Under the pieces are notes generated by a model. It had not been told where the DNA came from. It saw only the letters and a list, made by a program, of their open reading frames with translations, and did no database searches. A DNA stretch of 64,000 nucleotides, from assembly GCA_021613535.1 (NCBI GenBank), contig CP075495.1, positions 5,270,001 to 5,334,000 of the forward strand, given 5' to 3'. This document shows positions 1-11,302 of this stretch, in pieces. The translations under genes and the position numbers were made by a program. Numbering within the stretch: the first letter of the stretch is position 1; every line of letters begins with the position of its first letter. The stretch comes from Adineta vaga (lineage: Eukaryota; Animalia; Rotifera).

Positions 1-1723
1 CGAATACTTATTGGAGCATATTGATAAAATATATAAGATATATCTTGTGGATCAGTAACATTAACTGCTGTATCGCCTTGTAATAAATTAAATTCACGTT
101 TTAATCGTTCAATTTGTGTTTCATTTGTTCGTAATGTTGATGAATTTTTTGTTGGATCGATTAAATTTATAAATCCTATTTGTTCCATGGCATGAATTAA
201 AACAAGATATTGTAAACCAAATGTTTGTACAATATCTTTTTTAATTGCATCATAATCTTTTCGTTTCAATTGTGAACCTAATGCATGTGTAACAATGGAT
301 AAATAACGTAAAATACAAAAAACATTATCTTTCCAAGCAATACGTTCATCAAGTTGACGCATGGCATCTTGTAAAACCGGTACAAATAGCATTGATAATT
401 GTTTAGCTAAATACATATCATACATAGATGTCAATTCTTGTTTAATAGCACAAGCTAATTCAAGATGCGTTGATAATGTTTGTGTTTTAGCATTTTGATT
501 CGATATACGAGTAACAAATTCACGTAAATCAGCAAGTTTCTTTCCTTGAATTGTCGATGAAGCGCCAGAAAATTTGTCATCGAAATCTTTTCGTAATTGT
601 TTTTGTGCACGAGCACCTTCTTGAAGGATACGACCAACAGTAATCATGTGTAAATAACGTGTGTCAGAATATAATTGATCACTAGTTAATAAACGAACAG
701 CAACTTTATCTTGAGTAGTTGTATCAATTTTTTGTGCTTCACAAAAATGTGCACTGAATGATGATGTGGGTACTTCAATACGATTGAATTGAATATCTAG
801 AAGATGAAGAGTAAGAATAATAAATATTTTGTTTTTAAAATCTATATCCTACTAAAAACTTCATCAAGTAATGCTTCATATGTTGCTGGTATCATCATTG
901 GTGTAATTAAATCAACTGTACGATCAATTAAAATTAGATTTTCAATTTGTGTTGGAACTTTTTTTTCGTTATCAGGTACTTCACGTTGCATTCTCATTAT
1001 TGTATCATAGCATTGTTTAGCTTTATCACCTTTAACAAAAACATTTGGAATAATTCCATATAATTTTTGTAATGTAATAAGTCCATGTGCAAGATTGAAT
1101 AACGGTGTTGTATCATTATTTAAATAAATATCACGAAAACAATCATTGGATTCTAAAGATAAAACATCAGTATCAATTGGAATGAAATCTAAATTTAATT
1201 CATCAATAATAATATCACCACGAACACCTTGTTCTTTTAATTTTTCCTCACAAACACGTGAACGACGTGGAACAAAAATAATACCATATTGCTTTGTAAT
1301 ACCACTTTTAGATTTTTGTGGATTTAATTTATTAAGTTCATCTTTAATCATATTAGCAATAACTTCCATATAAACAACTTTTGGTCGAACAAGAAATAAT
1401 GTAACTTTATAATCTGATGTATCATGTTGACGTTCTTTAAATATTCGAATATCACTTGCACCAAGATCAGCTATTGCTTGAACATGTCCAAGTAAGTTTT
1501 TAATTGAATCATCAATGATAACGCATTTGTCTTTAGTAAATTGTTTTGGTAAATTACTTTTTTCTGTATGAAATTGATTTGTACAACGTTTAATTTCTTG
1601 AATGATATATTCACGAAGAATTGTTAAATTAATACGGCCAGTTTTTAAATATGTAAAATCCTGTTTTGGAACTGTGCCAGTTGTTCCTGCTGGTGCTGCT
1701 GTTGTTGTCGTTCTTCCTGACAT
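1..1723 (-). CDS. VPS33: Vacuolar protein sorting 33 (Sec1/Munc18 family), 3' end outside window
   Basis: Likely start MSGRTTT at 1723. Exon 1 is 1723-853, then a GT-AG intron 852-797, and exon 2 stays open to base 1. SM-family motifs: IIFVPRRS..CE..L, LDFIPIDTDVLSLE, LILIDRTVDLITPM..PATYEALLDEVF and PQDISYIFYQYAPISIR. A versus B paralogue not resolved. Confidence 0.9.
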
Positions 1724-2161
1724 ATTCACAAATTTGATTGCAAAGAAAACAAACAACTAGACTAAGTTCAATAAAGGAAAGAAAGAAAGAAGAAGAAAGA
1801 ACAGCGCTATGAATTGAACAATTATAACACCGATTGTAGCGCAATGTAATTCTAAACCAATAGAAATGAAGATCCTGAATTGTCTATCTTTATCGATGAA
1901 TCATTAATGCGATAACTACCAAAGATTGTAAAGAACAGGAGTTGAACTCGCTCAACTCGATTACGTTTTCAACGTAAATCAAACATTCTTCTATTTTGTT
2001 AATTAATAAATAATTAAAAATCGATTAATATGAGACTAAATATTTATCTCTTTCATTGTATACATGTGTCGATTCAACGCCTACGTATGCAAATTTATCT
2101 TTTCTTTTTCGATTATTTCAGATTATCATATGATAAAATAGAAGTTCTATCTCAAAGAACA

Positions 2162-3799
2162 ATGCTGCAAAGTACACCAAGTATTGCTGAAGAAGATGAA
2201 AATCATGAACAGGAACAATATGATTATGATCGATTACATTTTTCGACTGATAAACGAACAGATACTAGTCTTTTAAAAAATCAGTATGAACAATTACCTC
2301 AAATAACATCAACAACTACGTACGAGATCATAGAATTCTTTGTCAATCAAGTAGTCGTTTGTTTATTGATTCTTTAGAACTGGTTTAAGTTCATGGCGTA
2401 TCCCACGTCTTATATTAAATTTTCTCTCTGTTTCACCTCATATGCTTGCACATGCTGAAGAACGATTGTATCAAAGTATTATTCAACTGAATGATTCATT
2501 TACTTTTCATAGATGAATAATATGTTTAGATTTGAAAAATAAATATTACGGTGATTATGTACATATTCGGTAAGTTAAATTCACAAACGAGAAGTTTCAT
2601 GAAAAATGTATCATATATATATATATATATATTAGTGGTGATAATCTAATATGGACAGTACGAAGTTTAAATTCGTTACCAGATGCAACTCCAATTGTTC
2701 TTATTCATGATTTTGGTTGTGCTTCTGGTATTTGGATACAAAACATTGATTTTTTAAGTGCACGTCATCCATTATATATGTTTGATATACTTGGATTTGG
2801 TCGTTCATCACGACCATGTTTTGATCAAACTAATACAATAAATGCTGAAACAAAATTTGTAGAATCAATTGAAGATTGGCGTATAGCAGTTGATCTTCAA
2901 ACAAAATTCTATCTAGTTGGTCATGGATTTGGTGCATATTTAGCTACGCTCTATACAATGAGATATGGGCAATTTATTAAAAAATTAATCCTTCTTGATC
3001 CATGGGGTTTTAATCCAAAGCCGGATGAAAGTCAACTAAATTTGAGAACACCATTGTGGATTAAATTAATTGCTTATATTACTCAAACATGGACGTCATT
3101 TTCGGCATTTCGTTATCTTGGACCATTAGGTAAATAGAATCGGACAGGATTAATTAATATATATAAAATATAAAATAATTATTGACGATTGATCTTTTCT
3201 CTGCAGGTTTACCATTATTACAATTACTTGCACCACGTTGGAAACGTTTAGCACCGATTGATTCTTCATATGAAAAATCTAATGCACTCTATGAATATCT
3301 ATATCATGTAAATGTTCAACCGGCAAGGTAAATTTTTACATCAATATTTTTCTATAAATTTTAAATATTTTCTTTCGTTTGTAAATCAAGTGGTGATGTA
3401 GGTTTTCAAGCATTAGCATCTTGGTATGGTTGGGCTAAAGATCCAATAGTACAAGTAGATCATTCACGCATTGAAAATATTTCCGATGAAACTTTCATCG
3501 CATTTATATATGGTTCACGTACTAATATTGATAATACAGCAGCACAACAAATTCTTCATCAACGTGGTCCAGATAATACATGTATTAAAGTATGAAAAAA
3601 TCATAAAATTTGAATGATGAAATCAAGACTTTTCTTGTCGATTTCTTAGATCATTCACAATGCTGCGCATTTCTTTTTTATGGAAAAACCACTACAATTT
3701 CATGAAGTTATGAGTGAAATCTTATCTGATCTACCACATTATTTTCGTACATTGGCATCAGTTGATAGAACCATAACTACAACAGTATTACCTGAATAA
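2162..3799 (+). CDS. ABHD4/ABHD5-like alpha/beta hydrolase, copy 1, catalytic motifs degenerate
   Basis: Multi-exon gene (exons include 2162-2319, 2378-about 2476, about 2530-2569 and 2636-about 3129; stop TAA 3797-3799). Motifs PIVLIHDFGCASGIW, FDILGFGRSSRP, LVGHGFGAYLA, LILLDPWGF, YEYLYHVN, GWAKDP and NAAHFFFME. Start codon uncertain. Confidence 0.85.
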
Positions 3800-3998
3800 A
3801 AGAGAGTGAGAGAGACAGAGAGAAACAATTTGATTGATTCAATGAATATATTTTGTAGTCAGATGTATAAATTATCCGGTGTGTTAACGTTGTGTGATTT
3901 TTCCTTCATCTTCATGTATTTTGTTAAAAACAGTGATAGTTTTTCTTTATTGATATTGGATTTAAAAACTACTTGAATGTTATTTCAGATATTGAACA

Positions 3999-5777
3999 AT
4001 GACGACAACAAATGAGTTTTTGCAAAATTCTGATAATGATTTAACATCAGCATCGGATGCAATCGATCAAATGATTTCAATGTCAATTGCTGATCATAAT
4101 CCTGATCCGAATAGGCAAAATTCAGATGGAACAATATCAGAACAAACTAATGATACTAGATCAAATTGCTCTCCAAGGTTAGTACGTCACATGGAATAGA
4201 GAGAATATAGTCTTGATTTAACTTATCATTGAGTTCTGTATTATTCCATATTCATTATAGAATTTCTTCTCTATGTATATAACTAATTATTTGTAGGTAT
4301 GTGTTCGATAAAGAAATAAGCTTTGATCTCTCACAGTCTTATGCATGTATGTAATGTAGAATGATAAAAATAATTTTCAAATTGATGCTGCATGAATACA
4401 AATTTTGTTATTCATATCTTATCAGATCAGAAGAATTCTTTCTGTTGACTTCGTACACGAATGACTACGACTGATATACTCTTGTATGAGTATAGTTGGA
4501 CATAAGGCGAGTTTCATTGCATTTAAAATCTACTTTATAATTTAAAAATTCTAATTTCTTTTTACTAATTTCAACTAAATTTATCTTTGTTTCAGCCGTT
4601 TTCGTTCAATTGAATATATAAAACGACTTTCATGGACTAATACTGGTCCTGAACAATTAGCACGTGCTGAAATGAAAATCTTCGAAACATTAAAAAGTCA
4701 ATATCAAGGTCGTTCAATTCCTGTATGCAATAATACACAAAAAATTTGGACTGTTTATTCAAATTTAACATCAACAAATTATCCTATTGTTCTTGTACAT
4801 GGTTTTGGCGGTGGCGTCGGTCTATGGAGTTTGAATCTTGATCAATTATGTGTCGATCGTCCTGTCTACGCTCTCGACTTACCCGGTTTTGCACATAGTA
4901 CTCGACCAGTGTTCAGTCCTGATCCATTAGAAGCTGAAAAACAATTTGTAGATATGCTAGAAGAATGGAGAATTGGAATTGAATTAAATGAATCATTCAT
5001 ACTACTTGGTCATAGTTTTGGTGGCTTTATAAGTTCTGCATATACAATACGATATCCAAAATATGTTAAACAATTAGTTTTGGTTGATCCATGGGGTTTT
5101 GGACATAAACCTACTGATTGGCAAACATCACGAATGCAACGTATACCTCCATGGCTAAGATCATTTTCATCAGTGATGATGAAATTTTCTCCATTAGCTG
5201 GTCTACGAGCAGCAGGACCATTTGGTAAGAAATTAATTTTATTTATATCGATTGTTATGATTTCATTTCATTAGGTCTTCGAATCATGAAATATTTTCGA
5301 GCTGATCTACGGAATAAATTCGAAAAACTCTTCGATGATGATCGAATACTAGTATATTTATATCATTGTAATGCTCAAATTCCAACTGGTGAAGAAGGTT
5401 TTCGAACAATAAGTGATTTTCTTGCTTGGGCAAAACGTTCGTTTTTCTGAAATTATCTGTTTAGTTTATCACATTATTAAAATATTTGTATTTCTAGAAC
5501 CTATGATGGATCGAATAGATTCAATTGACGAACAGATTCCAATATATTTTCTTCATGGTGATCAATCATGGATCGATATTGAATCATCTGTATGTGTACA
5601 ATCAAAACGTCCAAATGTTTTTATCGATACGATTCCACAAGCAGGTCATCATGTAAGTCACTAGAATCAAATAAGTCGGAAATACAATTTTTTATTCTAT
5701 TTTCATTTCCGTAGGTTTATGCAGATGCACCGGTAGAGTTTGATATGTATTTAAAACGTGTTTTAATTAATAAATAA
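3999..5777 (+). CDS. ABHD4/ABHD5-like alpha/beta hydrolase (lyso-NAPE lipase-like), copy 2, catalytic motifs intact
   Basis: Five exons (about 3999-4177, 4596-5224, 5275-5437, 5498-5652, 5715-5777). Contains the HGFGGG oxyanion motif, GHSFG nucleophile elbow, LVDPWGF, YLYHCNAQ.PTGE and AGHHVYAD (HX4D). Confidence 0.9.
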
Positions 5778-6637
5778 TGAATGATTTTTTTATTAATCTA
5801 ATCGAGCTATTCAGAAGTATCCTACAAAAATAATGAATAGTATCAGTGCTTTTATTTTGAAACTGTGATCGTTTTATTTCGTAATAAAGTTAATAAAAAT
5901 ATATTATAACATATCAATGAAATGTTGAGAAATGCAAAGTTTCTCAAGAAGGTAAAAGCGGAAATTAGATCATTGAATGTTTCTTTGTTCCGATTAAATT
6001 GATGGTAAAATAACTTAATTTCCTTTTCTTATATGTATGTCATTAATGGACGCATTTACATATTATTCCCTGTTGGACTTTGGAAAGAAAATGTATAATC
6101 GGGAAATCCATAGGAGATCGGTTTGCTGTCTGAAGTTATAACCTTGATAAATACACATTTCCATTGTTAGTTGGTGCATTATATTTTAGACTCATCAATC
6201 TTCTTGTTTTTATCTGACGTTAAATCTGTTTCATCTGAACATGAATTAGTCGCTAATGATTTTGATTTGAATGTGAATTATAATGTTAGTTCTAGAATGC
6301 AATATTTATTTCAAGTTGTTATTCAGATTGTAAAGTATTATCATGAGAGTTAGAAGAATTGATGAGTTCAATTATTTACGCATTAGCATACTTTCTAGTG
6401 TTCGAAATCATGACATTCATCCCTTATGTGACGGAATTAACAAGTAAACAGAGTTTCCCTCTTATATTTAATATTAAAAACATGAGTTTTGTTCATATCA
6501 TATCAGTAATTAGGATATATCTTTACTTTCCAACTTGTCAATAAATTATTTTCAATTGGATAATTTCTTTTATTATAATTAACATCCATTTAAATGAAAA
6601 AGACTATGTAGTCTAATTTGTTATCAAGAGTCAAAGC

Positions 6638-8116
6638 TTAGCAACGACGGGTAGTATTTTGAAAAAGAAGAAATAAGAAAGTAAGGTAAAAAAATGTATT
6701 GCATGAAATTAATATGAAAGATTTCGACTGAATATTAGCATCAATTGTAATGGGAGGATGTAACGAAAATCGAATTGCATTGAATACTGCTTTCTGATTC
6801 AATGCTTTCAAATAAACAGTTTGTTGTCCAGAATTTAGAAGAAAATCTCCGACAGATATCCAACGTGAAACACTTGTCTGTTGATTATATACATATCCAG
6901 AATCTCCATCAGTTTCATTGTAAACATCTGTGACAGCAACATTCATTCGAAATAGCATAGTTGGAGTTGAATCAAAAGAGGATGGATTCCATATAGATAC
7001 TGTATAAACACCTCGTTTCATTAGAATCGGATGAATAATACATGAAGTATTGAAAGTAATTAATGATTGTCCAATAGTATCTTTTGGAAGTGATGATGTA
7101 TATTTCACAACATCATTTTTACATGTATAAATATCTTCATTATCAGTAGTAAAAATTTCTGTTGTAGAAGAATTCAATGAAAATTTCTCAAGAATCATTT
7201 CAGTAAATCGACCAAGAATATAAAAGTCACTTGGTGGTCTTTGAAAACCATTACTGAATGCTGAAAGAATAATTTCTTTTCCATTTGGTAATATAATATA
7301 AGCAATTTCCTCAACTGTGTCATAAGCATTTCCAACTTTTGAATAAAGTATACTACCAGCTGGTAAACCATTACCGAATGTTGTATGTTCACTTTCTAAT
7401 GTATGATATAGCATGGATTTCATATATTCGAATTCATTTTTTGGACGTGTTTGCATCAGATAAAGCATAAATGATGCTGTACAACATGATTGTAACATAT
7501 TACGTGAAGATGGACTTCTAAGAAGAAGTGATTCACTACCAATAGGTGATTGACCTGAGTTTGTTGGATATGTTTTACTTCGAACGACTTGATTTTCATA
7601 CAAATTTAAATCTATTAATAAACGTTCAATTGATAAACGTTGATATAACCAATTTGACCAACGTGTATCATTAATTGAAATTAAATCAGCAAGATTTGTT
7701 GTGTTTGTTATAGCATCAACAACATAACCTGTATCTAAATTCGATGAAACAATTATCATTGGTCGAACATATCGATCTAAACAATCAATTGAATATCCTT
7801 GAGTTTTACACCATTCTATAGCTGAATACATATACATCAATTTAACTGTTGATGCTGGATAAGCTATAAGAGTTCCATTCACACTACCTCGTTTCCATGT
7901 TTGAGATTTTTCTTCTCGAATAAGTATAGTAGCAGACAATCGAGTGAAACTACTCGATGGTTGACGAGCAAGAAATTCATCACGAACTTGTTCAATTCCG
8001 ATAGCTAGTTGTTCATCATTAACAATTTCAATTGATGGAATTTTATTACAACCACATTCTTCACAATTTATTCTTACAACGCATAAGAAACAAATAACTA
8101 TCATATAGTAAATCAT
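6638..8116 (-). CDS. Secreted or surface-anchored class A beta-lactamase-fold serine hydrolase with C-terminal golvesin/xanthan-lyase CBD-like domain; horizontal-transfer candidate
   Basis: Single exon. Likely start MIYYMIVICFLCVV (signal peptide) at 8116, although the ORF extends to 8203. SxxK (YPASTVKL), SxN (MIIVSSN) and KxG (YSKVG) occur in order. C-terminal module GVYTVSIW...YNQQ...WISVGDF..NSG...VFNAIRF, then a hydrophobic tail. Confidence 0.85.
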   Translation of the reverse strand: MIYYMIVICFLCVVRINCEECGCNKIPSIEIVNDEQLAIGIEQVRDEFLARQPSSSFTRLSATILIREEKSQTWKRGSVNGTLIAYPASTVKLMYMYSAIEWCKTQGYSIDCLDRYVRPMIIVSSNLDTGYVVDAITNTTNLADLISINDTRWSNWLYQRLSIERLLIDLNLYENQVVRSKTYPTNSGQSPIGSESLLLRSPSSRNMLQSCCTASFMLYLMQTRPKNEFEYMKSMLYHTLESEHTTFGNGLPAGSILYSKVGNAYDTVEEIAYIILPNGKEIILSAFSNGFQRPPSDFYILGRFTEMILEKFSLNSSTTEIFTTDNEDIYTCKNDVVKYTSSLPKDTIGQSLITFNTSCIIHPILMKRGVYTVSIWNPSSFDSTPTMLFRMNVAVTDVYNETDGDSGYVYNQQTSVSRWISVGDFLLNSGQQTVYLKALNQKAVFNAIRFSLHPPITIDANIQSKSFILISCNTFFYLTFLFLLFQNTTRRC

Positions 8117-8896
8117 TTTTATGTCTACGAGAGCTAAACTGATAAGCTTCAACAACAAAATGTTGGTTGATAAAGACGAACAATAAAACTTGATATCATT
8201 CATATTGACTATTTATCTTCCAGGTATCTTAAACCTTGAAAATATTTATTAAAATAACTTTGACACAAAAATTAACTATTGCCCCGATATACTCGTTAAA
8301 GATATGATTGTTTATTAAAAAACCAAGAATAACAATAGTATACATCGTAGCATACGCCTACATATATGTTTATCCTATGAAAAGAAAGGAAGAAAAGGAA
8401 ATGTAGGCGATAGAAAGAAGAAAAAATGTTCAATAACTTTGTTGATCTACTTCTTCTTATAGAAAATATGATGTAAATATTCATAAGGAGAGAGAGAGAG
8501 AGAAACTGAGAAAGAAAATGACGTTTCCTGGCTAGTTAATATAAATATCAAGTCGAAGTATAAAGTATTTTCTTCGTTGACATTAATCTTCTTGCGTAAA
8601 GAAATCCTTTGTTTTACTTTATTAAATTCCTCCATTAATCAAGTAAGTGAATATTTAACAGAAGATTAGCTCAATACGTCATAAATTATATACTTACTAT
8701 ATAAACAATTCTGTTCGTAAAAAAAAAGACACATACACACAGTAGATTCGACATAGTTTCGAAGCATACTTTTATGAGTCTTCATACTATTTTGAGTATA
8801 CAGAGGATTAGGATAAAATCGTTTATGTTTGTTTTATTAACTAAGATTTCTTTTTCTTTTCGTAGTTGTTTGATTATTTTGTTTTAGTTTTCAATC

Positions 8897-9286
8897 ATGA
8901 CACAATTATATTTTATATCCTTTCTTACATTTGTTTGCCTTCTTATTTTACAACCGTCCACGATTGAATGTCGTCCTCGTACTCAACGAATTGTTATTCA
9001 TGGTCATGAATGGACAGTACCTAACGAACCAGGATGGGAAGATGGTAGGTTTTTTTTTAGAATTTAGTTTTTGTTTCCATCATTATATTTTCTAGTTCTC
9101 AATGAAGCGGAATCTGTTCGTCATCGATTATTAAGTAATTGTGCTACTAGTCGAGAATGTCGATTGGCTGCTGAAAAAATACGACATATCTTCTTGAATC
9201 ATCCTGTTTCAGCGCGATATTATGATGAATATATAGACAATGATTCTCCTCGTCGTGAACAAGCATCGATTTTTAAATGGGGATAA
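8897..9286 (+). CDS. Small secreted protein, putative neuropeptide precursor (112 aa)
   Basis: Exons 8897-9044 and 9096-9286 join in frame across a 51-nt GT-AG intron. Signal peptide MTQLYFISFLTFVCLLILQPSTIEC; ends ...SPRR-EQASIFKWG-stop. Confidence 0.75.
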
Positions 9287-11302
9287 ACATATAATATTGA
9301 AAATCATCATCAAGAATGAATGAAAAGGAAAATCTACAAGCTTTTATGTTAATTATTTATTATGACAATAAATAATATAACCAATACAGAATTAAGATGT
9401 CTGGTACTTTACACTTTGATTTAGATAATGTTTTTCTATAAAAAAAAATAATAATAAAGATTATATCACTCTACTCAAGTTTCTTATGTTTCTATATTTA
9501 AGAAATTGGAAAATGTGGAAATTTTGTTTTCGAACTTCAAAACTTAATCAGCATTATACTACACAAAATAAGATCGAATTGGTCTAGATAAGGTGTATTT
9601 TGCAAAATGGAAAGAAATTTCGAAAATCGCTTCGGAAACGAGGAATCACAATGTCAATATATATATATATATAATAGAAAATGTTTATATTGTTTCGTTT
9701 GTTTATTAGTGCATTTAATTAAAGCTTTTTAAAATCAGAGAGGATGTCCCCTTAACCTCCTCCCAGCCGTGCTGCCCCTGGTCCCCTGTATAGATTTTTC
9801 GATGCATTTTCGTTAAAATCAATGACATCAATATCTTATTTTCTTGTCTCATATCATGACAGAGAAAAAGATGCTCTACGTTTCAGTACAATTTGATCAT
9901 TGTTGAACTAGTATTTCAATCATATTAAGTCACCGTACTCTTAAACTTTAGTTTTTGACTGCTTCATGGGTTGTATTGACAAAATATAATTTGTCAAAGC
10001 GTTGAGAAGCTCATGAAATATATGAATGAAATTCACTAAATTTCTATTTGTACATCCTGCCAAACAAGTCTCAATAAAACAAAATCACGAAAGAAAAAAA
10101 TCTTATTTGTCAGAAAATGAGAATGTTAGACTACGACGGCTATCACACTCGTAGTTTTTTGACTGAATGTGATTACTTTTAATTGAATATGTTGATTTTG
10201 TTACTCTCTTTTCAAAATAACAATCTTAAATATACTCATCTAGATATCAAAATTGAATGACGAACTTGAGCTTTAATATTAAGGAAGTGGATGAGACACC
10301 TAGAGTGCGTCTTTTCTTTATTTGAAAGAGTACCTGCTGTTCTAAAATATTATGGGACAAGAATTCGAGAGAAAGAAAAGATCAATACTTCGTTGAATTA
10401 AAAGACCGTGATATTTGTAATACAATATTATATTAGAGTATGAATATGCTAGGAAAATATGTTCTAGGGACTTGAATAATTGTTTTGACACGATGGTTCT
10501 TTTAATTCACAAGATTACTATGTATTTTTTGTTGTAATTTTATTCTAAAATAAGTTTAACTAAAAGTATTACTCATTGATATATAACATAGAAAACATTA
10601 CAAGTTTTGTCATGGAAATTATGACTCATGTTTTCATTTCTAAACTCATTGTGGGGATGCATTGCATACATATGTGTTCTTTTTCATATACCTCTCTGAA
10701 GACAGACGATAGTCAATAATTCACTTCGGTAGAAAATAAATCGATATGAATAAAAGAAAAAAAATATATTTGCGCATATATCAAAAGAAGTTTACTCTCT
10801 AGTTCTTTACATTTATAATTTGCTATTCGTTCTTTTTACTATTCATTTTCCTCTGTAAATTGTTAAATAATCACATGAAAAGTCTAATCAGTTTCATAAA
10901 AAACGAGTCCTGATCTTGTTTTCGTTCGTCACAACATTACTTAAAAGTTTTTCTTTATATAAAAATTTTATTGATCGGACATTTTCACTTGCGCATCCAT
11001 GTCTAATAACTCTCTTGACCATTATTTTATTAAGTATTTTCGTCTCGTTTGATTATTTTCAACAGCAAAAACGTACACTTGCAAATATATTTCACTGAAT
11101 CTTCTATTTACAAAATGAGTATGTTGATATTAACTAAAATGCATTGTTTTAGAAATCCGTAGTATTCGGAATCTTCTCCTACATAAAAGTATAGTCAATT
11201 TCGTACTGAGATCGTTTTTTCATAATATTATTTAATCGGAATAACATAGAACAGATTTTTTCCGAACCTCTGATTACCGTATTGCTCTATTTAATCACAG
11301 AT

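Noticed and set aside
4355-4480. Possible C/D-box snoRNA in the long ABHD copy 2 intron (ATGATAA ... CTGA)
   Set aside because: The C box is imperfect, there is no convincing terminal stem or recognisable rRNA guide, and such a match is expected by chance in AT-rich DNA.
10916-11098. Hydrophobic ORF as the signal-peptide exon of aGPCR copy 1
   Set aside because: No in-frame ATG and only a weak donor site, so it cannot be supported without transcripts.
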